Part shown: positions 1 to 7,661 of the stretch, piece by piece
Position numbering within the stretch: the first letter of the stretch is position 1
Layout: each line of letters starts with the position of its first letter
UHGV virus genome: UHGV-1832352
From: a virus
Reading direction: 5' to 3' (one strand)
Length of the DNA: 18,550 bases
The notes under the pieces: model-generated
What the model saw: the letters and a program-made list of their open reading frames with translations, nothing else
What the model was told of the DNA's origin: nothing
Database searches by the model: none
Position numbers and translations under genes: made by a program

Positions 1-300
1 TCTACATTCCTTAACTTGAGCCTTTCGGCATAAATGGTTTGCATAACAGAAACGACTTCGTACTTAATTGGAGAGACTCAAAGAAGGAATAAGTGAATAA
101 CACCTGAAATGAGAACTGCTTTAGTAAACTACTTCGTATATCGTCTGTTCTTCAAACCGACGCAATCATTAACGCATAGTTGAACATATGAAGCAATGTT
201 TATTTTAGACATCCAGCCATCTTCAACCCCATCAAAAAACTATAGCTTTCTTCAGGAACGTGTGTATAGTGCGCCAAGTTATCAGTATTAAGGAATTTTT

Positions 301-513
301 TTGTCCCGTAAAATGACAGGAATTGTCAAAACCTTTGACGGCAAAAGCGGCAAGGGTCTTATCACCCCATCCGATGGTCGTATCGATGTCCAGCTTCATG
401 TTTCAGCGCTCAATCTCCGCGATGCAGAAGAAATTACCACCGGATTACGCGTGGAATTTTGCCGGATAAATGGTCTGCGTGGCCCTTCAGCTGCCAATGT
501 TTACCTTTCATGA
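301..513 (+). CDS. cspF: Cold-shock protein, CspF/CspH-type (70 aa)
   Basis: 70-aa [30 protein letters not shown]...NVYLS matches the CspF/CspH paralog type from memory. Apparent TTG start at 301 with AAGGA 5 nt upstream (in-frame ATG at 313). Lies next to Q as in the Qin prophage. Paralog assignment (cspF vs cspH) is uncertain. Confidence 0.8.
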
Positions 514-567
514 GCTATATTAAAGCTTTAATTTCAGGCCCCATCGGATCACACATGGAGAGTTTTT

Positions 568-657
568 ATGAATAACCCCGTCTGTCTTGATGACTGGTTG
601 ATTGGCTTTAAAAGCTTATGCTGTACTTTGGCCGTAATAGCTCTGCTAATAATATAA
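568..657 (+). CDS. Possible small hydrophobic peptide (29 aa, [29 protein letters not shown])
   Basis: Not in the ORF track (below size cutoff). ATG at 568 preceded by GGAGAG with 5-nt spacer; hydrophobic C-terminal half; followed by the terminator at about 806-839. Could be chance. Confidence 0.2.
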
Positions 658-805
658 TAAGCAGACTCATTGTGTTTAGGGACATTGTACTGGAAGAAAA
701 CATTTTAAACATCAGGCAAATAACCAAGTCACCAGCTAAATAATAAGTTAACAGACATGAGTCCCGGGATGAGATTCAACATTACCATTGCCCCATTTAA
801 AGCAC

Positions 806-839
806 AAAACCCGCTCATCAGCGGGTTTTCTACTTTTTC
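806..839. terminator. Bidirectional intrinsic terminator (tR'-like for the Q-side transcript; also ends the cspF transcript)
   Basis: Hairpin CCCGCT-catc-AGCGGG (810-825) flanked by an A-run upstream and T-runs downstream; sits about 100 nt downstream of the Q gene on the minus strand. Confidence 0.6.
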
Positions 840-934
840 TTAACGTCGGGTATACAAAGCCCATCGTTGAAAAAATTTTATCCATATTTTTTGAAAAATG
901 CAAACATCATGTCGCCATCTTCAGCAAAAATCAT

Positions 935-1687
935 TTATCTCGTCACCTTCCTCAATTGCGCTTCCGCGTATGCTTCTTCCTGCCAGCACTTTGTTACCAG
1001 TTTACCAATGACGTCCGCATACCCCTTATACCACTGATAATCGGTCAGGTCTGGTACCAGCTTCTGGACATGACGTCGTGCCAGCGTGGTCGGTAAACGA
1101 CTAAACCGGTTTCCATTACAACGCCCACAAATCTTATATACCGGTACGCCATGAAACCGGGTTCTTTTTTCATCCAGAACAATCCCTTTACCCTTACACC
1201 CTCTGCACGCTGTGCTGGCTTCGCCCTTACCATGGCAATGCTGACATAGTTCCTTCACCCATTCTTCCTTGATTACAGATTCCCCGCGTCTGTAGTGTTT
1301 CACCACTTCGCGCAATACATTATAAAATCCCGTACCTGAACAATGCTCACAGCGAGCCTTACTTGCCGCAGACCTGGAATAATCAGCAAAGGCAAAATTC
1401 ACAAGGTAAGGGATGATCTGTAACCGGATTTCTTCACTCAATTTGTTCAATGTCGGGTTATCCAGTGCCATCGCGTAATTGAGCAGACCTTCAATCGCAA
1501 ACTGAGGATCCTGAACGCCAACTTTTGCCAGGAATAAGGTAAACCCAAGCGGTGCTTTCGACTGCACCATCCCCTGTGCAGCCATCACATCCGTAATCGT
1601 TAAACCACCTGAGCCTGTCGCCGGTGCGTCATCACTCAATTTTGGAGATTTTGGGGAGTAATATTTTGGTAAGGCTTCAAGGTTCAT
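935..1687 (-). CDS. quuQ: Late-gene antitermination protein Q (QuuQ-like, 250 aa)
   Basis: Four CxxCxGxG zinc-finger-like repeats (CEHCSGTG, CQHCHGKG, CRGCKGKG, CGRCNGNR). 753-bp length and position between a DUF968 gene and cspF match the Qin arrangement from memory. Start taken at MNLEAL (ATG 1687) rather than the ORF-track start at 1729, because the upstream gene ends at 1701. Confidence 0.75.
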   Translation of the reverse strand: MNLEALPKYYSPKSPKLSDDAPATGSGGLTITDVMAAQGMVQSKAPLGFTLFLAKVGVQDPQFAIEGLLNYAMALDNPTLNKLSEEIRLQIIPYLVNFAFADYSRSAASKARCEHCSGTGFYNVLREVVKHYRRGESVIKEEWVKELCQHCHGKGEASTACRGCKGKGIVLDEKRTRFHGVPVYKICGRCNGNRFSRLPTTLARRHVQKLVPDLTDYQWYKGYADVIGKLVTKCWQEEAYAEAQLRKVTR

Positions 1688-1700
1688 GCTCGTTCTCCAC

Positions 1701-2696
1701 TTACGCCAGTACGCCGATTGCCAGCGCACGATCGATAAAACGAAATATCAGCTCCAGCTGGGAACCATACTTCTCTTCAAATGCCACGGTATCCGCATGC
1801 AGCTCGTCGTGATGCTTTCTGCACAAAGGCAACACAAAGAGGTCATGCGCTTTTGTACCCATTCCCCCCTGACCGTGGCCTATCAGGTGGTGGGGATCAT
1901 CAGCAGGCTTTCCACAACATGCACACGGCTGTGTCTTAACCCAGCGTGTGTACTTTTCATTAACCCAGCGGCGACGTTTTGGGCGTAACATAAAAGACTC
2001 CGGCGACTCCGGATCCACTTTCAGCGCCAGCACCTTTTTCGCCTTATCCTGGATGATGCTGGTGGCAGGAACCGAAGGCACAAGGTCACTTTCCCGGGTG
2101 ACAGACGGCACAACAGGCTTCGGTAATCTCAGTGCCTTACGGGCTGCACTTTCCGGTAAGGCATCCGCCAGGTCATTACGAATCAGCCACCAGCACAGTT
2201 CCGGCATTGTCACAACGTGACTGTCATCAAAACCGAGATCCCGACGCACAACAGACAACACCCAGCGGGCACAGTTATCCGTTGCCATTGATTCCAGCCG
2301 TTCCGTGAACTGATCGCGCAGCTGGTTATCGCAGTGCCAGCACAGACGGATTGCGCCCGGAGCGTGTCGCATTGTGGTCATGTTCTCGCTGTGCCAGTCG
2401 GAATGAGGCCACTGGCAGCCTTTTTCACGAAGTAACCAGCTTTCAAGACATTCCACGCCACCAGCACGACGGATCACTGCCTCATTGCGGAACACGGCCC
2501 GAACGGCAGGATCATCCGCCAGCGGTTGTGATGCCGCCGGAACAGCACCACTGGCGAAAGATGAATAACGTTCTGGCTCAGGCTCCAGCAGGACACGCCC
2601 CTGCATAAACAGGGGCATCAGCTCTGAACCTGGTCTGAACAATACGATCCCCATACGCGGGGCAATTTCAGGGGTCAGTAGTGCTCTCACGGTCAC
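1701..2696 (-). CDS. ydfU: DUF968 family phage protein (YdfU-like) with HNH-like CRKHHDELH motif
   Basis: 331-aa ORF; C-terminal CxxC...HH...H motif; immediately upstream of Q as in Qin-type prophages. Family from recollection only. Confidence 0.7.
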   Translation of the reverse strand: MTVRALLTPEIAPRMGIVLFRPGSELMPLFMQGRVLLEPEPERYSSFASGAVPAASQPLADDPAVRAVFRNEAVIRRAGGVECLESWLLREKGCQWPHSDWHSENMTTMRHAPGAIRLCWHCDNQLRDQFTERLESMATDNCARWVLSVVRRDLGFDDSHVVTMPELCWWLIRNDLADALPESAARKALRLPKPVVPSVTRESDLVPSVPATSIIQDKAKKVLALKVDPESPESFMLRPKRRRWVNEKYTRWVKTQPCACCGKPADDPHHLIGHGQGGMGTKAHDLFVLPLCRKHHDELHADTVAFEEKYGSQLELIFRFIDRALAIGVLA

Positions 2697-2697
2697 C

Positions 2698-3507
2698 TCA
2701 ATGAACGGTATCGAGCAGCTTTAACAGCTCAGGGAATCGGGATTCGAAGAAGTGCGGCTGCGTCTCGCGCGGATTTACGGGACTGGTGATGTTCTTGCCG
2801 AACATGCAGCCTTTCGCTGTCAGCGACCAGAATTTTTTGATGTTGTTAATCGCGGTACGGCTGTATCGTTCGCGCTGCTCGACGATCCCCAGCTTCACCA
2901 TCTGGTGATATGCCTGATTAGCCGTCAGGCGGATACCATACTGTTTCAGCAGTGCACTCAGTGACAGCGTGGGGCGGCTTGAGCCATCAGGCGCGTCAGC
3001 AGGAGCATCAATGGCATAGCGCGGTGCCAGATTCGGTAAGCCAACAGCCTCCTGGAGTTTCTGACAGGCCCCAAGCACTGAAGAGTTAGACAGGTTTAAC
3101 TCCCTGCGCATAAAGTCCAGCAGAATCACTCCAGCCTGCATCTTGTCAGCAGCCTGCCCGGATAATTTTTCCGGTGCGCTGGTTACCATGTCGAAAGTAC
3201 GGATCACCTTAAGATGGAATGACGGGCTGATCCACATTGCATAGGCATACACCAGTTCTTTGCAGACATACGTCCCCTGGTTATTTCCGCCATTAATGAC
3301 GCTAACTGGTTGATTTTGTTCCAGAGGCGGAATTCCACCCTCGGTGAAAAGTTGTTCAATCAATTCACAGGTTTGCTTATTGGAGAGCCAGTATTTCGGG
3401 CGGTTTTTTTGTTCTCCCCCGGCAGCCCTGTGCAGATCGTTCAGGCTGTAACGCCCATAAGCATCACGACGAACTTCAATACCATCAATGACCATCAGAT
3501 TATTCAT
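2698..3507 (-). CDS. KilA-N domain protein (antirepressor-like)
   Basis: 269-aa ORF; N-terminal MNNLMVIDGIEVRR...YSLNDLHRAAG...RPKYWLSNKQTCELIEQL resembles KilA-N/Bro-N DNA-binding domains. Confidence 0.7.
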   Translation of the reverse strand: MNNLMVIDGIEVRRDAYGRYSLNDLHRAAGGEQKNRPKYWLSNKQTCELIEQLFTEGGIPPLEQNQPVSVINGGNNQGTYVCKELVYAYAMWISPSFHLKVIRTFDMVTSAPEKLSGQAADKMQAGVILLDFMRRELNLSNSSVLGACQKLQEAVGLPNLAPRYAIDAPADAPDGSSRPTLSLSALLKQYGIRLTANQAYHQMVKLGIVEQRERYSRTAINNIKKFWSLTAKGCMFGKNITSPVNPRETQPHFFESRFPELLKLLDTVH

Positions 3508-3526
3508 ACTTCGTTTCTCCTCTTAA

Positions 3527-3916
3527 TCAGGCGGCTGCACCCGCCGTTTTCTCGTACTTACTGATGGTGATCTCGACCTTCCCTTTCGGGATAACCGGTC
3601 CCCACTCCACCAGCATTCTTTTCACCTGTCTGTCGTCTTCCCACACACCCGCGTGGGTCAACGCGTCAAACAGCGCCTTGTTATAGTTGTCCAGATCGCG
3701 GATCCGGTTATCCGGAGGAAACAACACGATCTCCACTGCAGCAGGTGCCGACGTTGGTTTTGGCAGACGACGTAACTGCTCAACTATTGCTGCGCACGCC
3801 GCGCTCTGAAATTTTCGCCCCGCCGCGCTTATCAGGCTCTTACCAGCAAACGCCCCTTTGTTGGGGTGTCGCCAGTACGTGTTCACGCTGGGCGGAAAAG
3901 GCAGGATCAGCTTCAT
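3527..3916 (-). CDS. rusA: Holliday-junction resolvase RusA
   Basis: 129-aa ORF with RusA-like motifs (LPFPPSVNTYWRH, DLDNYNKALFDALTHAGVWEDD); ATGA start/stop overlap with the upstream gene at 3913-3916. Confidence 0.85.
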   Translation of the reverse strand: MKLILPFPPSVNTYWRHPNKGAFAGKSLISAAGRKFQSAACAAIVEQLRRLPKPTSAPAAVEIVLFPPDNRIRDLDNYNKALFDALTHAGVWEDDRQVKRMLVEWGPVIPKGKVEITISKYEKTAGAAA

Positions 3917-4239
3917 ACTTTCAGGCCCCTCTCATGTAACCAGTGGGTTGCACGCAGCCTTGCGTTTTCCTCACCGGCAAGCAGTGAGCGGATAATCCCG
4001 ACCGCCTCGCTGTCGTCGTCCTTCACCGCGGTATGAAGCGTGATGCCCCGGGCCACGCCACGCTTTATCGTGATGACGCCTTTTTTCTCCAGTGCGCGAA
4101 GATGCTCCACCGCTGCATTCACTGAACGGTATCCCAGCATGGTTGCCACCTCCTGATTGGTTGGCGGGAAGCCACGTTCTTTCTGATAAGAAATCAGCAT
4201 ATCCAGCACCTGCTGCTGGCATTGAGTTAACGTCGTCAT
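3913..4239 (-). CDS. LexA N-terminal DNA-binding-domain protein (winged helix only; no S24 peptidase domain)
   Basis: 108 aa; LTQCQQQVLDMLISYQKERGFPPTNQEVATMLGYRSVNAAVEHLRALEKKGVITIKRGVARGITL parallels the LexA DNA-binding domain; ATGA overlap with the methyltransferase stop at 4236-4239. Confidence 0.75.
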   Translation of the reverse strand: MTTLTQCQQQVLDMLISYQKERGFPPTNQEVATMLGYRSVNAAVEHLRALEKKGVITIKRGVARGITLHTAVKDDDSEAVGIIRSLLAGEENARLRATHWLHERGLKV

Positions 4240-4889
4240 GCCGCCATCTCCCTGACCAGTTTTTCTGCCTGCTGGCGAACCTGCGCCAGAAAGGCCTCAC
4301 CACATGCCTCAAGTTCATCGCGCCCGATGTAGCTGATTGCCGGTCCCTTCCAGGTCTTGTCGAAAACAGCAATAGCACCAGCGAAGAAAGCGCCTGTCGG
4401 CACCTGCTTCTCATCCTTCGGGATAAACCAGGCAGGCAGTTCAAAACCAATACGCCCGCGAATAAAAGCAATATGATCTGCATCTTCCGGCCACCACACT
4501 TCGCTGGTGGCAGCTTTGATCAGGAAAACATAGCGCCCGCCTTTATCACGCATGGCACTGGCATGCTTCATGATGTAACGCATGCCGGTGATGTATTGCC
4601 CCTCATGCTGACTGGCGCGGCTGTATGGGGGATTACCAAAGGCAGCACCTTTAAGCTCCGCAAGGCGTTCTGACCAGTCATGCGCCAGCGCGTTGTCTTC
4701 CGCCGTGTAATACGCAGCACATTTGGCGTTATCACCGTCAGTGAACAGATCCAGAACAAACGGGCCAAACAGGGTGTTAATTCCCCAGAAAATGTTGTCC
4801 GGCGTGCGCCACTGATCGCCCACTTCCTTCAGTTCATGGGCTGGTTTGTTCCGCAGTTCCACCAGCGCCTGGCAATATTTATTACTCAT
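4236..4889 (-). CDS. Phage DNA N6-adenine methyltransferase (Dam-like)
   Basis: FGNPPYS (NPPY catalytic motif). Start chosen at ATG 4889 (MSNKY...), which overlaps the upstream stop as TAATG, rather than the GTG at 4922. Confidence 0.8.
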   Translation of the reverse strand: MSNKYCQALVELRNKPAHELKEVGDQWRTPDNIFWGINTLFGPFVLDLFTDGDNAKCAAYYTAEDNALAHDWSERLAELKGAAFGNPPYSRASQHEGQYITGMRYIMKHASAMRDKGGRYVFLIKAATSEVWWPEDADHIAFIRGRIGFELPAWFIPKDEKQVPTGAFFAGAIAVFDKTWKGPAISYIGRDELEACGEAFLAQVRQQAEKLVREMAA

Positions 4890-5383
4890 TAAGCCCCCAC
4901 GTAATTCCCTGAGAGATACCACTCTTCACCTGATGCAGCCCGCTTACTGCTTTTCCGTAAACACCGTTCACGACGCGCCAGAAAATTGTTTCGTTCTGGC
5001 TGGGAGTGGCTTTCACGGAATGCCGCCATCCACACCGTTGCAGCACGACGGTATAAGCCCCTGGACTCCAGTTCTTCCGCCTGGCGGGTCAGGCACAAAA
5101 TCTCCCGCGGGTCGTTAGTGCCGACATAGAAATTGCGCATAGGTCTGGTTTCACGAACTGGTTGTAGTTCCGGATCCTGCGCTCTCTCAGTCAGGCGCGG
5201 GAAATGTCTGTGTGTATCTCCTTCACAACGGTGAGCCACACGCCCACTCTGACGTAACTTGCTTGCTGACTGCAGAACGCGCTGCCGTGAGTAACCTGCA
5301 AAAGCATCCGCAATGTCTCCGGAAGTACAGCCCGGATGGGCTTCAATGAATTTCTGAACGTCATTCAAAAGACTCATGCTCAC
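4889..5383 (-). CDS. Hypothetical regulator, wHTH-like N-terminus and PerC-like C-terminal motif (GLYRRAATVW)
   Basis: 164-aa ORF; ATGA overlap with the O-like gene stop at 5380-5383; PerC-family resemblance is from memory of the GLWRRAA..W motif. Confidence 0.6.
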   Translation of the reverse strand: MSMSLLNDVQKFIEAHPGCTSGDIADAFAGYSRQRVLQSASKLRQSGRVAHRCEGDTHRHFPRLTERAQDPELQPVRETRPMRNFYVGTNDPREILCLTRQAEELESRGLYRRAATVWMAAFRESHSQPERNNFLARRERCLRKSSKRAASGEEWYLSGNYVGA

Positions 5384-6372
5384 CCCCTGAATCCTGCCGG
5401 GATCTGGCTGTAGTCCACATTGTCGTAACTGGCTTTGAAGTACGGGTCTTCGCGTTTTTCTGTGTACGTGCTGACGGACGGCGATAAGCGCAGGGAAAGC
5501 TCATCCCATTTTTCCCGCAGCTTCGACGGGCTGAGCACGTTACGGCACCAGAACGGATCGCGGCTGACGCGGCTGTACATCTCGCAGATTTGTTTGTGAG
5601 TACGACCATCCTGCACACACATCAGGCGAATTTCGTTTGCCCATGCTGTCCAGTTCGGTTCTTTGGGACGAACCACCTCGCCGTCACATTCGGCGGCCTG
5701 CTCGTACAGGGCGATGATTTTTTTCCAGAGCCACTGTGCGCAGGTCAAATCATCCTGCGTTCCCCACTGGCGCTTTTTAGGGCTGAATACAACCGCATCA
5801 GGATGGCGAGTTAAAAACTCCTGTTCAGCCGTTTGCGTGTCCGGTTGCGAAGCGTCCGGACGAGAAGAGGTTTTATTCTCTGTAGTAATCTCTGTTGTAT
5901 TCTCTGTAAGATCATTGGGCCATTTTGACCCGATGACAGCGTGTCGTTTTGAACCAATGGATCGTGTCATTTTGCGCCCATCCATCAGGTCACTTTGACC
6001 CGATGGAGAAGTGCATTTTGACCTGATGGATTCGTTCACTTTGACCTCTTCTAAAAGCTCACTTTCATAGTTGATCGTGTAGAAGTTGGTCATGTCACGC
6101 TTCGATTTATTGAGTTGCTCGCGACGCAAAACCCCAAGTGATTTCAGGCTTGCAAATGTGCGTTTCAGAGTGGACTCTGACCAGAACGGAAACTGCTCCA
6201 GCCACTGTTCTGTCGTGTTATAAACCCAGCGAATTCCGCCATGCTCAGTGCCTGAATTCGTTTCATTCAGCCAGTAATGAAGCTGCTGCAACACAATTGC
6301 CTCATTCAGACCAATACGGCATGCAAGATCACGATTTATCACAATGGGCTGGGATGTCATTAACAGGCTCAT
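5380..6372 (-). CDS. Replication initiation protein (lambda O-like) containing the origin iterons
   Basis: 330-aa ORF directly after the cro/CII-position genes; six 23-bp-phased direct repeats lie inside its coding sequence, followed in the direction of transcription by an A/T-rich stretch, as in lambda O/ori. Alternative start at the second Met (6360). Confidence 0.75.
   Translation of the reverse strand: MSLLMTSQPIVINRDLACRIGLNEAIVLQQLHYWLNETNSGTEHGGIRWVYNTTEQWLEQFPFWSESTLKRTFASLKSLGVLRREQLNKSKRDMTNFYTINYESELLEEVKVNESIRSKCTSPSGQSDLMDGRKMTRSIGSKRHAVIGSKWPNDLTENTTEITTENKTSSRPDASQPDTQTAEQEFLTRHPDAVVFSPKKRQWGTQDDLTCAQWLWKKIIALYEQAAECDGEVVRPKEPNWTAWANEIRLMCVQDGRTHKQICEMYSRVSRDPFWCRNVLSPSKLREKWDELSLRLSPSVSTYTEKREDPYFKASYDNVDYSQIPAGFRG
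5921..6048. repeat. Origin iterons: six direct repeats, consensus about CAYTTTGACCNGATGG, 23-bp periodicity
   Basis: Repeat starts at 5921, 5945, 5968, 5991, 6014 and 6037 (last copy partial); spacing 24, 23, 23, 23, 23 bp; located within the O-like coding sequence. Confidence 0.8.
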
Positions 6373-6541
6373 GACCGACCTCTATTTCCCTGAATTTACG
6401 ACGAAACTGTTCGAGCGGACTGAAGCATTCATGTTCATAGCCTTCACGGAGGTAGATAACCCGTTGTGTTTCCGGCTCCCAACGAATGACTCTGACGGGC
6501 ACTCCGTAGTGATCTTTGAACCAGCGGTTAACTTGTCGCAA
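6329..6541 (-). CDS. Hypothetical small protein (70 aa, [24 protein letters not shown]...)
   Basis: TTG start at 6541 preceded by AAGGAGA with about 8-nt spacing; protein-like composition. Overlaps the 6382..6720 ORF in another frame and the O-like start. Confidence 0.4.
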   Translation of the reverse strand: MRQVNRWFKDHYGVPVRVIRWEPETQRVIYLREGYEHECFSPLEQFRRKFREIEVGHEPVNDIPAHCDKS

Positions 6542-6720
6542 AGGACTGTCTCCTTCTGCCGGTTGAAATCACCCACAGCCCACTCTGCAAAGCTGTGGGT
6601 TACAATTTCCCTGTCACCTGGTACATTCACTGCATAGCAATACTCCACCTTCGCTTTTCCACCCGGTACAGGAAGCGCAATCAGTTGCGAGCGACGGTAG
6701 TGTGTTGTTAAACTGTTCAT
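6382..6720 (-). CDS. Hypothetical protein (112-aa ORF; possibly only the N-terminal part is genuine, or frameshifted into 6329..6541)
   Basis: ATG at 6720 overlaps the stop of the upstream gene (ATGA), suggesting translational coupling; the C-terminal half looks less protein-like. Confidence 0.35.
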   Translation of the reverse strand: MNSLTTHYRRSQLIALPVPGGKAKVEYCYAVNVPGDREIVTHSFAEWAVGDFNRQKETVLCDKLTAGSKITTECPSESFVGSRKHNGLSTSVKAMNMNASVRSNSFVVNSGK

Positions 6721-7378
6721 GCGTTAGTTTCTCCACAACCAGAAGCAATCGACGCCACGACGCCCGGAGCTGCACACTCGCGGGCGTTACTCTTTTCCGG
6801 CGCACAAAAAACACGAAATAACAGTGTTAAATGCTCCTGCCACTTCGCCATTACTTGGTAGCTGTTCTCTTCGATTTGCTCACGCTCAGCCTGGTCAATA
6901 ACTCCATCAGCAGTTGCCTTGCGTAAGTACTGGGAATGCTTGCCAATCCATTCTATTGACTCCATCAGCCGCTGATTAATGTCACCATTGTCAATGTCAT
7001 CAATGACCACCAGCGGCACAAACACCCCATTACTACGACGGGCTATTGCATCTGTTACATGCCTGGTACCACTGGCATCCTGTAAAACCATGGCCCACTC
7101 AAGTGGAAAAATTTGATCCCCACCGCTACGCAGTCTGTTATGCAATTGATCTTTTGCTGGGGTGATATCATCAGATTTATACAAACCAAGAATTTCTGCT
7201 GCTTCCTCATAGCCATGAGGTAAATCAGCAATCGTTCTTCGTATTGCTGCCACCAGCCATGCTGGTTGTTTATCAACTTTCCATTCAGGTTCTTTACCCA
7301 CGGTTAATTCCTCATTTCTGTGGTTACGTTTACGCAGCTGAACCGCTAACTTTTGAATAGCACTCAGGTAATCCATCA
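6717..7378 (-). CDS. Hypothetical regulatory protein in the cII position (YdaT/CII-like placement)
   Basis: Long ORF immediately downstream of the cro-like gene. Start taken at MMDYLSAIQ (7378); the ORF-track start at 7412 would overlap the cro-like gene more. Family assignment is tentative. Confidence 0.55.
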
Positions 7379-7593
7379 TTTGGATTGGGGTAAATATCAG
7401 GACGCAGTTCATGAGGGGTCACGGACCAGTTTCCCAACTCACAAAGTTGTAAAACCCGTTCTGACGGGACTTGATTGTTAATTACCCAATTAGCGACGGA
7501 TTGAGTGGACTTAAAACCAAAGCGACGGGCTACTTCAGATAAAGATTTTCCCGCAGCCTTTACTGCTTTCTCTGTGTAGTTTTGAGATGACAT
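7330..7593 (-). CDS. Cro-like HTH regulator (YdaS/DUF1019-type)
   Basis: 87 aa; ...SEVARRFGFKSTQSVANWVINNQVPSERVLQLCELGNWSVTPHELRPDIY resembles YdaS-family Cro analogs; divergent from the CI-like gene; SD GAGGAG upstream. Confidence 0.8.
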   Translation of the reverse strand: MSSQNYTEKAVKAAGKSLSEVARRFGFKSTQSVANWVINNQVPSERVLQLCELGNWSVTPHELRPDIYPNPNDGLPECYSKVSGSAA

Positions 7594-7601
7594 ACCTTTC
7601 T

Positions 7602-7618
7602 CCTCTGAAATTCAGAGG
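7602..7618. promoter_or_regulatory. Perfect 8-bp-arm palindrome CCTCTGAA-a-TTCAGAGG overlapping the cro-like ribosome-binding site
   Basis: Read directly from the sequence; 9 nt upstream of the cro-like start codon. Confidence 0.35.
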
Positions 7619-7625
7619 GATGATG

Positions 7626-7661
7626 CTACTTAAAATAGCAAAATGCAACTACTTAAAATAG
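7626..7661. promoter_or_regulatory. Right operator region: two copies of CTACTTAAAATAG, 23 bp apart
   Basis: Identical 13-bp sites at 7626-7638 and 7649-7661 in the cro/cI divergent intergenic region; partial dyad (CTA...TAG); the same motif recurs at 9567-9602. Confidence 0.55.

Noticed and set aside
788-1096. 102-aa plus-strand ORF overlapping the 3' end of the Q gene and the terminator
   Set aside because: Antisense to a well-supported gene and runs through the terminator hairpin; no SD; low-complexity hydrophobic sequence.
1045-4673. Multiple 60-190-aa ORFs antisense to or out of frame within the Q, DUF968, KilA-N, RusA, LexA-like and methyltransferase genes (e.g. 1045..1233, 1624..1812, 1686..1988, 1948..2220, 2351..2608, 2752..2964, 3310..3564, 3745..3939, 3971..4483, 4092..4673)
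   Set aside because: Each is embedded in a longer, motif-supported gene on the opposite strand or in another frame; compositions are Arg/Ser/Pro-rich, typical of shadow ORFs in GC-rich coding DNA.
5921-6048. CRISPR array
   Set aside because: The direct repeats are about 16 bp with only about 7-bp spacers, lie inside a coding sequence and are degenerate; this is an iteron-type origin, not a CRISPR array. No cas genes are present.
4568-7276. Shadow ORFs within the methyltransferase, PerC-like, O-like and CII-position genes (e.g. 4568..4768, 4680..4892, 4846..5118, 5361..5618, 5590..5814, 5663..5998, 6138..6374, 6344..6637, 6614..6814, 7055..7276)
   Set aside because: Overlap better-supported genes with coupled start/stop junctions; no independent ribosome-binding sites noted.
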